The notes under the pieces are model-generated. The model did no database searches. It saw nothing but the letters and a program-made list of their open reading frames with translations, and was not told the DNA's origin. DNA of 64,000 nt from Cyclobacteriaceae bacterium (GTDB lineage: Bacteria; Bacteroidota; Bacteroidia; Cytophagales; Cyclobacteriaceae), in assembly GCA_044226825.1 (NCBI GenBank), contig JBGAGH010000003.1, positions 133,976-197,975 of the forward strand, given 5' to 3'. This document shows positions 27,601-37,652 of this stretch, in pieces (the stretch's first letter is position 1; the number at the start of each line of letters is the position of its first letter). A program made the translations under genes and the position numbers.

Positions 27601-29154
27601 TTACCCTTGTTTTTTGGGTGTTTCTTCCTTGGTGGATTGACGTGCTTTGGCTTCGTCTGCCATTTTCTGAAGTTCCGCAGCCGTCTTTCCCTTGAGGTAA
27701 TCGGGAAGTTCCATACCCGCCATATTAAAAATCTCTTGGAGCGGAGGTACTGACTTGTACAAACCGGAAATAAAGTTTGCGGTCGATCCTTTGCCGTCGC
27801 CGGAAGCACCAGCGCCGCTGTCCCACACGGTGAGTTTGTCGATCTTGATATTCTTGATTGCCTCGGTTTGCAGACGCACCAACTCGGGCAGTTTGTCGAC
27901 GATCAACAACAACACGGCATCGCGGGCACTGTCGCCCGATGCTTTCACGATTTGTTCTAGACCTTGTGCTTGTTTGGTCAGCATTTCGAACATACCACGC
28001 GCCTCGGCTTCGAGTTTCACGTAGATGGCGTCTGCCTCACCCTTGGCACGCTCGCGGAGTTTTTCAGCTTCGGCTTGTGCTTCGATGATCGCCTTTTGCT
28101 TTTGAATCTCGGCGGCGACGACAATGTTTGCATTTTGGGAAGCCCTTTCGCGATCGGCGCGCGCTTCTTCCGCTTTGCGTTCTGCCGAATAGGCTTCTTC
28201 GAGGGCCTTTGCTGATTGTACCTTCTCGGCGGCGATGGCTCGCTTCAATGCTTCTGCTTCGCGTTCGCGGCGTTCGGCCTCGGAATTCGCGACGTTGATC
28301 TTCGACAAGTTCTCACCCTTCACTGCCAGCGCGTTAGCTTCAGCTGTCTTAATACGGGTATCGCGTTCGGCTTCGACGCGACCGATTTGCTCGTCACGCT
28401 TGGCCCCCGCGATCAACACTTCCTTGTCTTTTACCGCAATCGCCACCTGCGTATCGCGGTCGCGCACCATTTCAGCTACCTTGATATCGCGTTCCTTCTC
28501 CGCTTCGGTCTTACCAATATCTCCAATACGCTCTTGATCCGCTACGCGAATCTTCGCTTCGTTGATGGCCTTCGCCGCCGCCTCTTTACCCAGCGCCGCG
28601 ATATAACCGCTTTCATCCTTGATATCGGTGATGTTCACGTTGATCAACTTAAGACCGATCTTCTTGAGCTCGACCTCCACATTGTGTGCAACGTTCTGCA
28701 AAAACTTATCGCGGTTTGTATTGATCTCTTCGATGTCCATCATCGCCACCACCAAACGCATTTGACCGACGATGATATCGTGCGCCAAAGCGTGTACGTC
28801 CGGGCGTTGAAGTCCCAATAGGCGCTCAGCTGCATTTTCCATCACACCACCTTCTGTCGAAATACCTACAGTGAATTTCGAGGGCACGTCCACGCGGATA
28901 TTCTGTTTACTCAACGCGTTTGTCAGGTTTACCTCGATCGAAATCGGCGTGAGGTCCATGAACGCGTAGTCCTGAAAGACGGGCCAAATAAAGGCGGCAC
29001 CACCGTGGATACACTTGGCGGAACCACCACCACCCACCTTACCAAACACCACCAAGATGCGGTCCGACGGACAGCGCTTGTAGCGGCGTAGGGCGCTCAC
29101 AAACATGATGAAGGCAAAGAGTACGACCCCCGTGATAATTGGAATTGAAAACAT
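27601..29154 (-). CDS. Flotillin/SPFH (band 7) protein
   Basis: N-terminal TM, SPFH core (VNITDIKDESGYI), Ala/Glu-rich AEA coiled coil. Confidence 0.93.
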   Translation of the reverse strand: MFSIPIITGVVLFAFIMFVSALRRYKRCPSDRILVVFGKVGGGGSAKCIHGGAAFIWPVFQDYAFMDLTPISIEVNLTNALSKQNIRVDVPSKFTVGISTEGGVMENAAERLLGLQRPDVHALAHDIIVGQMRLVVAMMDIEEINTNRDKFLQNVAHNVEVELKKIGLKLINVNITDIKDESGYIAALGKEAAAKAINEAKIRVADQERIGDIGKTEAEKERDIKVAEMVRDRDTQVAIAVKDKEVLIAGAKRDEQIGRVEAERDTRIKTAEANALAVKGENLSKINVANSEAERREREAEALKRAIAAEKVQSAKALEEAYSAERKAEEARADRERASQNANIVVAAEIQKQKAIIEAQAEAEKLRERAKGEADAIYVKLEAEARGMFEMLTKQAQGLEQIVKASGDSARDAVLLLIVDKLPELVRLQTEAIKNIKIDKLTVWDSGAGASGDGKGSTANFISGLYKSVPPLQEIFNMAGMELPDYLKGKTAAELQKMADEAKARQSTKEETPKKQG

Positions 29155-29207
29155 AGTGTATAAAATTGATTAAAGCGTTATTCGATAATTTTGATTAGCA
29201 ATGGCCC

Positions 29208-29786
29208 CTATTTCAAAGGAGTCACAATGAGCGTATTGTCATTCAATACGTTGGACACACGGACCATCTTGCCGGTTTCGATGTCGGATTCATCATCGGT
29301 CAACGCGTCCAACGTGCGCAACGCGCCCATCACCTTTACTTGCACTTTGCCGAGTCCGCCACGCTTCGACTGGATCGTTAAATAGACTTCGCCAGTCTGC
29401 CCGATAGCTTTCTCAATCTTCATCGTACCATCATACTGAGCTTTCATGAGGATGAAGAACATCCCAGCCATCAAGGTCATCATCAGAGCGCCACTTAGGG
29501 TAGCCACGATGATAGACACCCCGTCGCTCACGCCAGATTCAACCATCGCGATGCCCACCCATCCGAAAATGGTGAAAAACCCCACCAGGTTCTTCAGCGT
29601 GAAAAATTGGAAACCGACACCGTGGTCCGACTCCACCTCCACATCGGGAGTATCGTCGGTCATATCACCTCCCAGGAACGAAAGGATAACTTGCAAGACG
29701 AAAACCAGCGTAAACGGCACAGCTAGTGCCCAGAAAATCTTAAGTGTGAGGGTCAGGGTAGCCCACCATTCGGACAGTGATTCCAT
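29208..29786 (-). CDS. NfeD-like protein (flotillin partner)
   Basis: Three N-terminal TMs and a C-terminal OB-like region (GQTGEVYLTI...GKVQV); directly upstream of flotillin. Confidence 0.88.
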   Translation of the reverse strand: MESLSEWWATLTLTLKIFWALAVPFTLVFVLQVILSFLGGDMTDDTPDVEVESDHGVGFQFFTLKNLVGFFTIFGWVGIAMVESGVSDGVSIIVATLSGALMMTLMAGMFFILMKAQYDGTMKIEKAIGQTGEVYLTIQSKRGGLGKVQVKVMGALRTLDALTDDESDIETGKMVRVSNVLNDNTLIVTPLK

Positions 29787-29907
29787 GCTTCTTAGGGATG
29801 TTTGAATTTAGTTTGAAATTCATTAAACCACAACGATCGATGTAACCCTCATTTTTGGTCAACACTTTGCAACTATCTGATTATTAGATATTTGAGCAAA
29901 AACAAAT

Positions 29908-29943
29908 AAAAAAGCCCGGATCATCAACTGAACCGGGCTTCTT
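29908..29943 (-). terminator. Intrinsic terminator after dnaN
   Basis: AAGCCCGG...CCGGGCTT stem with an A-run on the plus strand (U-tract on minus). Confidence 0.8.
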
Positions 29944-29969
29944 ACGTAGCGTGTAAGATTTTCGAAAGG

Positions 29970-31094
29970 CTACACGTACTGGTTGAGCATTACTGGCATC
30001 ACCAACATGAGCATGTCTTCATTCTTGTCCTTTTCGGCAGGAAGGATGACGCCCGCTTTGTTAGACGCGTTCATATTCAACTTGATTTGTTCTGTGCCGA
30101 TGTTGCTCAACATTTCGATGAGGAACTTGGCGTTGAAGCCGATCTCGATATCCTCGCCTTCGTGCTCGCAAGAGAGGCGCTCATTGGCTTCGTTGGAGAA
30201 GTCCAAGTCTTCGGCTGAAACCTGCAACTCGCTTCCAGTGATTTTCAAACGAACCTGGTGCGTAGTTTTATTGGCATAAATGGAGATACGCTTCAATGAG
30301 CCAAGGAAATCGACGCGGTTGATCGTCATCTTGATAGAGCTAGAAGATGGGATCACGTTATCGAAGTCGGGGAAGCGTTCATCGATCAGGCGGCAGATCA
30401 TTTTGATGTTACCGAATTTGAAGAACGCGTTCGACATGTTAAAGTCGATGCTTACGTCGCTGTTTTCGGTCGGCAAGGTTGCCTTCAACAAGTTCAACGC
30501 CTTGCGTGGGATGATGATCGCGTTGCCGTTTTCGGACTTCACATCGGTGCGGCGGTATCGCACGAGGCGATGGCCATCGGTCGCAACGAACGTCGTGTTC
30601 TTTTCACCCAAGTTGACGTACACGCCTGTCATCGCAGGGCGAAGTTCGTCGCTGCTGGTCGCGAAAATCGTGTTGTTGATGGCGCGGCCAAGGACTTCCG
30701 AAGAAATGTTGGCAGAGAAGTCTTGAGAAACTGCGGGTACCTTCGGAAAGTCAGTCGCGTTTTCGCCCGACAGCTTGTACCGACCGTTGTCGGAGCTGAT
30801 CTCGATGCTATACGTTGACTCATCAATCGAAAACGTCACCGGTTGATCAGGCAAGTTTTTGAGCGTATCCAACAGGATGCGGGCAGGAACAGCGATGCTT
30901 CCCTTTTCCTTCGACTCCACGTTGAGCACCGTAATCATCGACGTCTGCAAATCTGAAGCTGTAACAGTCAGATTGGCCTTATCGATCTCGAAGAGAAAGT
31001 TCTCGAGGATGGGGACGACGGGATTGGTGGTGATCACTCCATTGATGTTGGACAACTGCTTAAGCAGATAGTTGGAGTTTACAATAAACTTCAT
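29970..31094 (-). CDS. dnaN: DNA polymerase III beta sliding clamp
   Basis: Likely start is ATG 31094 (MKFIVNS); ATDGHRL, RLIDERFPDF, IGFNAKFL, VMPV motifs. Confidence 0.97.
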   Translation of the reverse strand: MKFIVNSNYLLKQLSNINGVITTNPVVPILENFLFEIDKANLTVTASDLQTSMITVLNVESKEKGSIAVPARILLDTLKNLPDQPVTFSIDESTYSIEISSDNGRYKLSGENATDFPKVPAVSQDFSANISSEVLGRAINNTIFATSSDELRPAMTGVYVNLGEKNTTFVATDGHRLVRYRRTDVKSENGNAIIIPRKALNLLKATLPTENSDVSIDFNMSNAFFKFGNIKMICRLIDERFPDFDNVIPSSSSIKMTINRVDFLGSLKRISIYANKTTHQVRLKITGSELQVSAEDLDFSNEANERLSCEHEGEDIEIGFNAKFLIEMLSNIGTEQIKLNMNASNKAGVILPAEKDKNEDMLMLVMPVMLNQYV

Positions 31095-31137
31095 TTGGCT
31101 TGTGGTTGAAACGGGGGGTAAAGATAGAAAAAAATGG

Positions 31138-32079
31138 TTATTCCGGGATTGGACGGAACCACGTCTTTTTCTTTGCAATTCGGGCCATTTCGGCCCTTTT
31201 GAAGGTCATGACCTCCCCACGGACGCGGCCGTATACCACTGTCTGGTCTCGGAGGGGCGGATATACCTCTAACTCGTATTGCTGGCTGCCGATGTCGGTC
31301 ACCAATACCTTGAACGAGGTGGGGCCTGCGAGCAGGCTATCGACGCGCGGCGCTTGTCCGGCCAAATAAAACCCATCGCCCACCAGCAAGGACACGTCAT
31401 CCAGATAAGTGTTCACTTTGGCCGTGTCGACGGCAGTCATACCTTCTACCGCAAAGACGCGATCCTTCAATGAAATCGTAAACGTCTCGGAAGGGTCTTT
31501 CGTAAATGTGGTCGTAAGGGACCTAAAGTTCCTCCAACTGAAGGCGAAGACTCGCTTATCGCGCCAGTCGCTTTCAGTCTGCTCAAACACGCCCGACGCA
31601 TACACGCGGTAACCGGGAATGTTCACCACCATGGGTTCATGACCCTCTACCTGAAAGATGGCTTCAGGCTTCTGCGGGTTGCCACCAACTCGATAACGCT
31701 TCACCATTTGGTCTCGTACGAAAAAGCTGACAGTCGTGCCCGATTGATCGAGTTGCTTGAGCACCTCCGTTCTCTTTTTGTCGCTCACCGGTCTTCTCGG
31801 GCGAACGTGCTCGATTGTACCAAATAGCACTTGGATGATCCGCCGATCGGCCGGGTACGTGTCGTTTACCATCCACTTCGAACCGTCGTAGCGAAGGACC
31901 ACGGTGTCTTGATTCGACGACATTTCCACGCGGTCAATGTTCGCCATCTCCGCTACAGCGAACTCGTTGGCATCGACCTCGATCTCGCTTTCGCGGAACG
32001 CAAAGAACCATAGCGCCACGATGGCGAGGATTAACCCCACCATGACCATCGCCGATATTTTATTCTTTCGTTCCTGCAT
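31138..32079 (-). CDS. DUF4340 domain protein (gldG-associated)
   Basis: Likely start is ATG 32079 just after the gldG stop; N-terminal TM; WRDKRVF motif. Confidence 0.75.
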   Translation of the reverse strand: MQERKNKISAMVMVGLILAIVALWFFAFRESEIEVDANEFAVAEMANIDRVEMSSNQDTVVLRYDGSKWMVNDTYPADRRIIQVLFGTIEHVRPRRPVSDKKRTEVLKQLDQSGTTVSFFVRDQMVKRYRVGGNPQKPEAIFQVEGHEPMVVNIPGYRVYASGVFEQTESDWRDKRVFAFSWRNFRSLTTTFTKDPSETFTISLKDRVFAVEGMTAVDTAKVNTYLDDVSLLVGDGFYLAGQAPRVDSLLAGPTSFKVLVTDIGSQQYELEVYPPLRDQTVVYGRVRGEVMTFKRAEMARIAKKKTWFRPIPE

Positions 32080-32081
32080 GT

Positions 32082-33761
32082 TCAAAATTTCGCATACGTG
32101 CGACGCCGCCACCACGATTGAGCAATACCCATTAACACAATGATCAGGATCGGCAAAACCAAGTTGATGAACTGCCAATACGTTCGCTCCTGTTTCACCC
32201 TTTCTTTATCAAGTGGACGAGCCAACACTTCCTTGTTGCGTGCGGTGATCAATCCGTCTTGGTCGGTGAGGTATGCCACCATGTTCAACACGATCCGTTC
32301 GTTGGCAAACACGCGTTTCGATATCGGATCCATGCCCAATTGTTGGGGCATTCCATTTCGGGGATTAATATCGTTCCGGACGAAATCACCGTCGCCAACG
32401 ACGATGATTTTCGATTCACCCTCAGTGAGCATGCCGGTCGTGGGCGCGCCTTCCGGTAAGAAGCGGTTCTTATACAAAGACGTAAACTTCCCTTCGAGTA
32501 GCCAAGCCACAGGAATTGGGCCTTCGCCGAACTTTGCAGGATCGACGTTCTTTCGAAGGTCGTTCACACTCACTTTCACCGGGGCCGACAGCTTTCGCGC
32601 GTATTGCGACGAAAACAGCAACGGTGTTTTTTTGACACCCGGTGCCCCAACGCTGTCGACCGAGCTAATGAACCTCGTCAGCGCCGCATCCATATTGCGC
32701 GTGATGGGGTGATTCGCATGCTGATAAATCAATGGGAAGAATGGCCACTCCATCTGCATCATCTGCGGCTGACCACCGGCTTCCGACACCACGACAGGGT
32801 AAGGGGCCGAAAAACGATCTTGGACCAAATCGGGGTTTACACGTGCTCCATACTTAAACAACTGGTCTTGCAGTCCGGTCTCGTATGGGAACGCGAAATT
32901 GTTTTCGTACGAAGCACTGTCCATCGATGCGTGCATCTGGTCCAAGAACAATAGGACCTTCCCTCCCCGCATGACGTATTGGTCTAGTTTCAACTTCGAG
33001 AGTTCCGAAAACTTGCGCGTGGGGCGAGCAATGACTAGGACGTCGCCGTAAATCGAATCGTTCGTGGTGAGGTCTACGTTACCCACGTCGTATTGGCCGC
33101 GCAAGGCGGATCGAAGACTCGCAGTCGACAGGCTATCGAGTTCGCCGTGACCCGTGGAGAAAGTTACAACCTTTCGATCCTCGGCATTCAAACTCAAGAT
33201 CGTGCTGGCCAATTCGTATTCGAGTCCTTCAATGCTTTGGTTCACTACTTCTTGTGATCGCTCGGCGATGTTTTGTTTGAACAACATCACCCCTTGCTCG
33301 TCGCCACCGTACGACACCAACGCCCCCGGTACCACCAGCTTCTCGACACGTTCACCATCTTTGTTTTCGATCACCGGCAAAACCTGGATTCCCTTCGACG
33401 CCAACTGCTGCAAAAACTCGCCCTGAGCTTGTTGGCTCACGGCAGTCATAGGATTTGTAAACTTGAATTGAACTTTGTTGCCCGAATAAATTCGAAACTC
33501 TTCTAAAGTCTCTCGAATGGAATTGCGAAGTCGTTTGAACTCTGCATTAAGGTCGCCATCGAGAAAGACCTCGACGTACACAGGCTCATCTAAACCGCGC
33601 AGCATCTCTTGGGTGGCTGGCTTGATCGAAAACTTCTTCTCCTCCGTCAGGTCCCAACGAAAAAAGTACAACGATGCCAACAAGTTCACCACGACGAGCA
33701 ACAACAGGCTGTTCACCAGCGTCAGAATATCACCGAGTTTCTTGCTTGTCCAGTTTACCAT
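32082..33761 (-). CDS. gldG: Gliding motility ABC transporter substrate-binding protein GldG
   Basis: RWDLTEEKKFS, GHGEL, DQYVMRGGK, VVGDGDF; follows gldF; start 33761 overlaps the gldF stop. Confidence 0.92.
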   Translation of the reverse strand: MVNWTSKKLGDILTLVNSLLLLVVVNLLASLYFFRWDLTEEKKFSIKPATQEMLRGLDEPVYVEVFLDGDLNAEFKRLRNSIRETLEEFRIYSGNKVQFKFTNPMTAVSQQAQGEFLQQLASKGIQVLPVIENKDGERVEKLVVPGALVSYGGDEQGVMLFKQNIAERSQEVVNQSIEGLEYELASTILSLNAEDRKVVTFSTGHGELDSLSTASLRSALRGQYDVGNVDLTTNDSIYGDVLVIARPTRKFSELSKLKLDQYVMRGGKVLLFLDQMHASMDSASYENNFAFPYETGLQDQLFKYGARVNPDLVQDRFSAPYPVVVSEAGGQPQMMQMEWPFFPLIYQHANHPITRNMDAALTRFISSVDSVGAPGVKKTPLLFSSQYARKLSAPVKVSVNDLRKNVDPAKFGEGPIPVAWLLEGKFTSLYKNRFLPEGAPTTGMLTEGESKIIVVGDGDFVRNDINPRNGMPQQLGMDPISKRVFANERIVLNMVAYLTDQDGLITARNKEVLARPLDKERVKQERTYWQFINLVLPILIIVLMGIAQSWWRRRTYAKF

Positions 33762-34483
33762 GACCGAGATCCCAACACAGTTTTGGTGGACACTAAGAAC
33801 ACGGCGCACATACTGACGAAGTAAACGACGTCACGGCTGTCAATCAAACCACGGCTGAGCGACTCATAATGGTAAAGGATGCCGAGTTGGCGTATGAATA
33901 GGCCCTGATCACCGGCCATCACGAGGCCCGCAAACGAATCGAAGCCTGTGTAAAACAAAAAGCAGAGAAATGCGGCCATCAAGAAGGCGACGATCTGGTT
34001 GTTGGTAAGCGATGATGCCAACATGCCGATCGAACAGAAGACTGCCCCCAGCAAGAAAAGTCCAACATAGGATCCTGCTGTTCCGGACGAGTCCACATTC
34101 CCAACGGGATTACCGAGTTGATACACAGTATAATAATACACGAGTGTCGGCGCGAGAGCACACCCCACCAGTACGACCGCTGCAAAGAATTTTCCCAATA
34201 GAATATCCCAGTCCGACAGTGGTTTGGTGAGTAATAACTCCATGGTCCCCAGTTTCCGTTCTTCGGCGAAACTCTTCATGGTGATCGCCGGGATGAGGAA
34301 CACGAGCACATAGGGTCCAAGTGTGAAAAGAGTCTCGAGGTCGGCGAACCCATTGTCGAGGATCGACGTCTCTTTGAACACCCACATCAGCAATCCGATG
34401 GCGGTGAGGAATACGCCCACCACGATGTACGCGATAAGTGAGTTGAGGAACCCAGAAACTTCCTTGGTAAACACTCGAATCAT
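33755..34483 (-). CDS. gldF: Gliding motility ABC transporter permease GldF
   Basis: PAITMKSFAEERKLGTMELLLTKP; multi-TM; between gldA and gldG. Confidence 0.93.
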   Translation of the reverse strand: MIRVFTKEVSGFLNSLIAYIVVGVFLTAIGLLMWVFKETSILDNGFADLETLFTLGPYVLVFLIPAITMKSFAEERKLGTMELLLTKPLSDWDILLGKFFAAVVLVGCALAPTLVYYYTVYQLGNPVGNVDSSGTAGSYVGLFLLGAVFCSIGMLASSLTNNQIVAFLMAAFLCFLFYTGFDSFAGLVMAGDQGLFIRQLGILYHYESLSRGLIDSRDVVYFVSMCAVFLVSTKTVLGSRSW

Positions 34484-35400
34484 GCGGAAGGTCGTTGGGT
34501 GAGTTCGCGAAACACAGACTCCAAGGTGTTCTCTTCTTGTCGCAGGCCCAGCAACGACAGCTTTCGGTCGGCCGCAAATCTGAAAATGGCTGGACGTAAG
34601 TCCGCGCCCTGCGAAGAAACCAAGCGATATGTATTGCCCGAGATCGTTGCCACTTGCGTGACGCCTTCGATCTGTTGCAATTCGTTGAGCGCGACAGGTG
34701 TATCGAACTCCGCCTGAAAACTCGTCACACCCTCTTGGCCAGACAAGAGGTTCTTGATATGATCGTCGGCCACGATCTTTCCTTGGTTGATCACGACCGC
34801 CCTATCGCACAACGCATGAACTTCTTGCATGATATGCGTAGAGAAGAGCACCGTCTTATTTGCGCTGATGGCTTTTATCAACTGCCGTATTTCAACCAAC
34901 TGGTTTGGATCTAAGCCCGTGGTGGGTTCATCCAAAATCAGTACTTGTGGATCATGAATCATCGCTTGAGCTAGGCCGACGCGTTGTCGGTAGCCCTTTG
35001 ACAGCGACTCTATTTTTTTGTTCTGCTCGATGGTTAATCCGCAACGTTCGACCATTTCAGCGACGCGACTAGTCAGTTGCGCTCCCCGCAGTCCATACAC
35101 CTGACCGACGAAACGCAGGAACTCATGGACATACATGTCGAGGTAGAGTGGATTATGTTCCGGTAGATAGCCAATATGTCGTCGAATAGTGGGGTCTTGA
35201 GAGACTTCTTGGTCGCAGACCAGCACGGATCCCGACGACGGCGGAAGGTACCCGGTCATGATCTTCATGGTGGTCGACTTGCCGGCGCCGTTGGGGCCGA
35301 GGAACCCGACAATCTCACCGGGTGCCACGGCGAATGAAATGTCGTTCACCGCGGGACGCGAGCCGTAGACTTTCGAAAGGTGGCGGACCGTGATAGACAT
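34480..35400 (-). CDS. gldA: Gliding motility ABC transporter ATPase GldA
   Basis: GPNGAGKST, LSKGYRQRVG, ILDEPTTGLD, STHIMQEV. Confidence 0.92.
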   Translation of the reverse strand: MSITVRHLSKVYGSRPAVNDISFAVAPGEIVGFLGPNGAGKSTTMKIMTGYLPPSSGSVLVCDQEVSQDPTIRRHIGYLPEHNPLYLDMYVHEFLRFVGQVYGLRGAQLTSRVAEMVERCGLTIEQNKKIESLSKGYRQRVGLAQAMIHDPQVLILDEPTTGLDPNQLVEIRQLIKAISANKTVLFSTHIMQEVHALCDRAVVINQGKIVADDHIKNLLSGQEGVTSFQAEFDTPVALNELQQIEGVTQVATISGNTYRLVSSQGADLRPAIFRFAADRKLSLLGLRQEENTLESVFRELTQRPSA

Positions 35401-35549
35401 AAAAAACGGCGCAATGTACTTAAAAGTACGGGGCCTACCACGAACACCGCGTACACCCGAATTGCTTAATTTTCTGTTAAACGTTTACCAATTTCGCGGT
35501 AGAGCCATTAATTGCGTTGTGATCAACGACGAAATTCTGAAATTCGCAT

Positions 35550-37010
35550 ATGAATAAGCCGGTGAATATGTCATTCCGTCTCTTACTTTTTGGATTGGTT
35601 TTGGTCTCGGCAACCACATTTGCCCAGACCGGATACAAGATCGACTTCAAGATCAAAGGCATTAAGGATACAACCGCGTTGCTCGCTTACTACAACGGCG
35701 AACAAACGTACTTGAAAGACACCGCGAAGGTGGATAGCAAGGGCGCCTTCACTTTCGATGGCAGTAAACCTCTACAACAAGGCGTATTCATGGTGGTGCT
35801 CGATAAGACCCCCTTGTTCCAATTCATCATTGGACAAGGCCAGAGGTTCATGCTCGAAACATCGACCGACGACTATAACGCCCACATGGTTGTGACTGGC
35901 GACGAAGACAACAAGCTTTTCTTCGAACATGCCAACTTCCTGGCAAGCAAATTCAAGAAAGCCGAACCCCTCATCAAGATTCTACGCGACAGCACTTTGA
36001 AAGAAGACGCCAAGAAAGAAGCGCGCGAAGAGTACACCAAGTTTACCCGCGACGTCCAGTCGTATCAAAAAGATCTGATCGCCAAGCACCCCACTACACT
36101 CACTGCCCGGCTGGTAAAATCGACACATGAAATCGAAGTTCCCGCGCCGCCCAAGAAAGCCGACGGCACCATCGACAGCACGTGGCAGTTTCGCTATTAC
36201 CGAGAACACTACTTCGATAACTTCGACTTAGCCGACGATGCCCTCTTCCGTTTACCGAAACCTGTATACCAAGAAAAGGTAAAGGATTACTTGGATCGTC
36301 TGTTCCTTCAAGATGCCGACACGCTGACGAAAGAAATCGTGCGACTTGCCGCTCGGGTGAAGAAAAATCCAGAGTCCTACAAGAATTTCGTGTGGACGTG
36401 TTTGATCCACTATCAACAGCCCAAGATAATGGGGCTAGACCGGGTTTATGTCAACATCTTCGATAAGTTCATCGCCACCGGAGAGATGGACTTCTGGCTC
36501 GACCCTTCGTCGAAGAAGAATATCAAGGAGTACGTCGACAAGCTACGGTTGAACTTGATCGGAAACACCGCCGCTAACTTGATCATGCAGGATCAGAACC
36601 TCAAGCCTAGATCGATGTACGACATCAAAAACAAGTACACGATCATTTGGTTCTTTGATCCCGATTGCGGCCACTGCAAAGAAGAAACTCCCAAGCTCGT
36701 CGAGTTCTACAACAAGAGCAGGACGAAGTATGATTTCGAGGTCTACGCCATCAGCATCGATACCTCTCTCGTGAAAATGAAGACTTTCATCAAGGAGATG
36801 AAGACTCCATGGACGACGGTGAACGGACCGCGCACTTATGTGGGACACTGGAGCAAGTTCTATTATGCCGACACCACCCCGACCATGTATGTAATCGACG
36901 CCAAGCACAAGGTGATCGCAAAGAAATTACCCATCGAACAGCTCGCCGAATTCTTCGAGAAATACGAACAGATGATGCGCGCCAAGCCTAACGGTAATAA
37001 GGGGACCTAG
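35550..37010 (+). CDS. Secreted thioredoxin-like protein (DUF5106 plus TlpA/redoxin domain)
   Basis: Signal peptide; C-terminal FFDPDCGHCKE CxxC motif. Start could be 35568. Confidence 0.85.
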   Translation: MNKPVNMSFRLLLFGLVLVSATTFAQTGYKIDFKIKGIKDTTALLAYYNGEQTYLKDTAKVDSKGAFTFDGSKPLQQGVFMVVLDKTPLFQFIIGQGQRFMLETSTDDYNAHMVVTGDEDNKLFFEHANFLASKFKKAEPLIKILRDSTLKEDAKKEAREEYTKFTRDVQSYQKDLIAKHPTTLTARLVKSTHEIEVPAPPKKADGTIDSTWQFRYYREHYFDNFDLADDALFRLPKPVYQEKVKDYLDRLFLQDADTLTKEIVRLAARVKKNPESYKNFVWTCLIHYQQPKIMGLDRVYVNIFDKFIATGEMDFWLDPSSKKNIKEYVDKLRLNLIGNTAANLIMQDQNLKPRSMYDIKNKYTIIWFFDPDCGHCKEETPKLVEFYNKSRTKYDFEVYAISIDTSLVKMKTFIKEMKTPWTTVNGPRTYVGHWSKFYYADTTPTMYVIDAKHKVIAKKLPIEQLAEFFEKYEQMMRAKPNGNKGT

Positions 37011-37119
37011 ATTTATGCCGATCATGGCCCTTTTTTGACAATTCAATCAAAAAAAAAGGGCCTCCCATGCAACTATTTGGCGGTGTAGGAGTATCTAAGA
37101 AGGTAAAACCTCAACCTCC

Positions 37120-37578
37120 ATGGCAATTTTTGACACATTATTCGGCAAGAAGAAGAAAGAACTGAAGGCGTCGTGCAAGATCACCAAAGAGCCGATTGAA
37201 CGAGGTTTCGGGTACATGCTGACCACCGCGCAGATTATCACAAGCAAAAAATATTGGGATATGATCATGACCGAACCGGAGACCCTCTCCTACACGGTCA
37301 ATCACTTTAAAAATCAAGCAAGCGGTACCCAGATGCGCTCGATGATTTTTGACAAGTACGCCACCGTCAGCAAGCCTTGGCTGATTTCTGACTCTATCAT
37401 CAACTTTTTCGATGTTGATAAGGCTAAAGCAAAAGAAAACGCGAAGAAATGGTGGGAAAGCGAAGGCACGTTTAGCCCCGACGAGGCTGGCGCAGCCTCC
37501 GACAAACTAGATGAGGCCACCTTCAAAACGTGGAAAGATTACGCGATCCTCGAAGCCGGCCGCGATAAAATGAGGTAA
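37120..37578 (+). CDS. Hypothetical protein
   Basis: Clean 152-aa ORF with genome-like codon usage and its own terminator; no family recognised. Confidence 0.8.
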   Translation: MAIFDTLFGKKKKELKASCKITKEPIERGFGYMLTTAQIITSKKYWDMIMTEPETLSYTVNHFKNQASGTQMRSMIFDKYATVSKPWLISDSIINFFDVDKAKAKENAKKWWESEGTFSPDEAGAASDKLDEATFKTWKDYAILEAGRDKMR

Positions 37579-37590
37579 GCATCTAAAGCG

Positions 37591-37620
37591 CCCCGACCAC
37601 AAAAAGGCTCGGGGTTTTTT
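37591..37620 (+). terminator. Intrinsic terminator
   Basis: CCCCGA...TCGGGG followed by TTTTTT, between convergent genes. Confidence 0.75.
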
Positions 37621-37652
37621 ATTGCCGTCGAAAATGATCTAAGTTGCGTGGG

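Noticed and set aside
29841-29865. TGTAAC upstream of the NfeD-flotillin operon as an ECF promoter
   Set aside because: It is on the plus strand, opposite to the genes' orientation, and has no matching -10 element.
29970-35400. dnaN at the end of a gliding-motility operon and away from dnaA
   Set aside because: A gld-dnaN neighbourhood and dispersed dnaA/dnaN are ordinary in Bacteroidota; no oriC-like DnaA-box cluster was seen.
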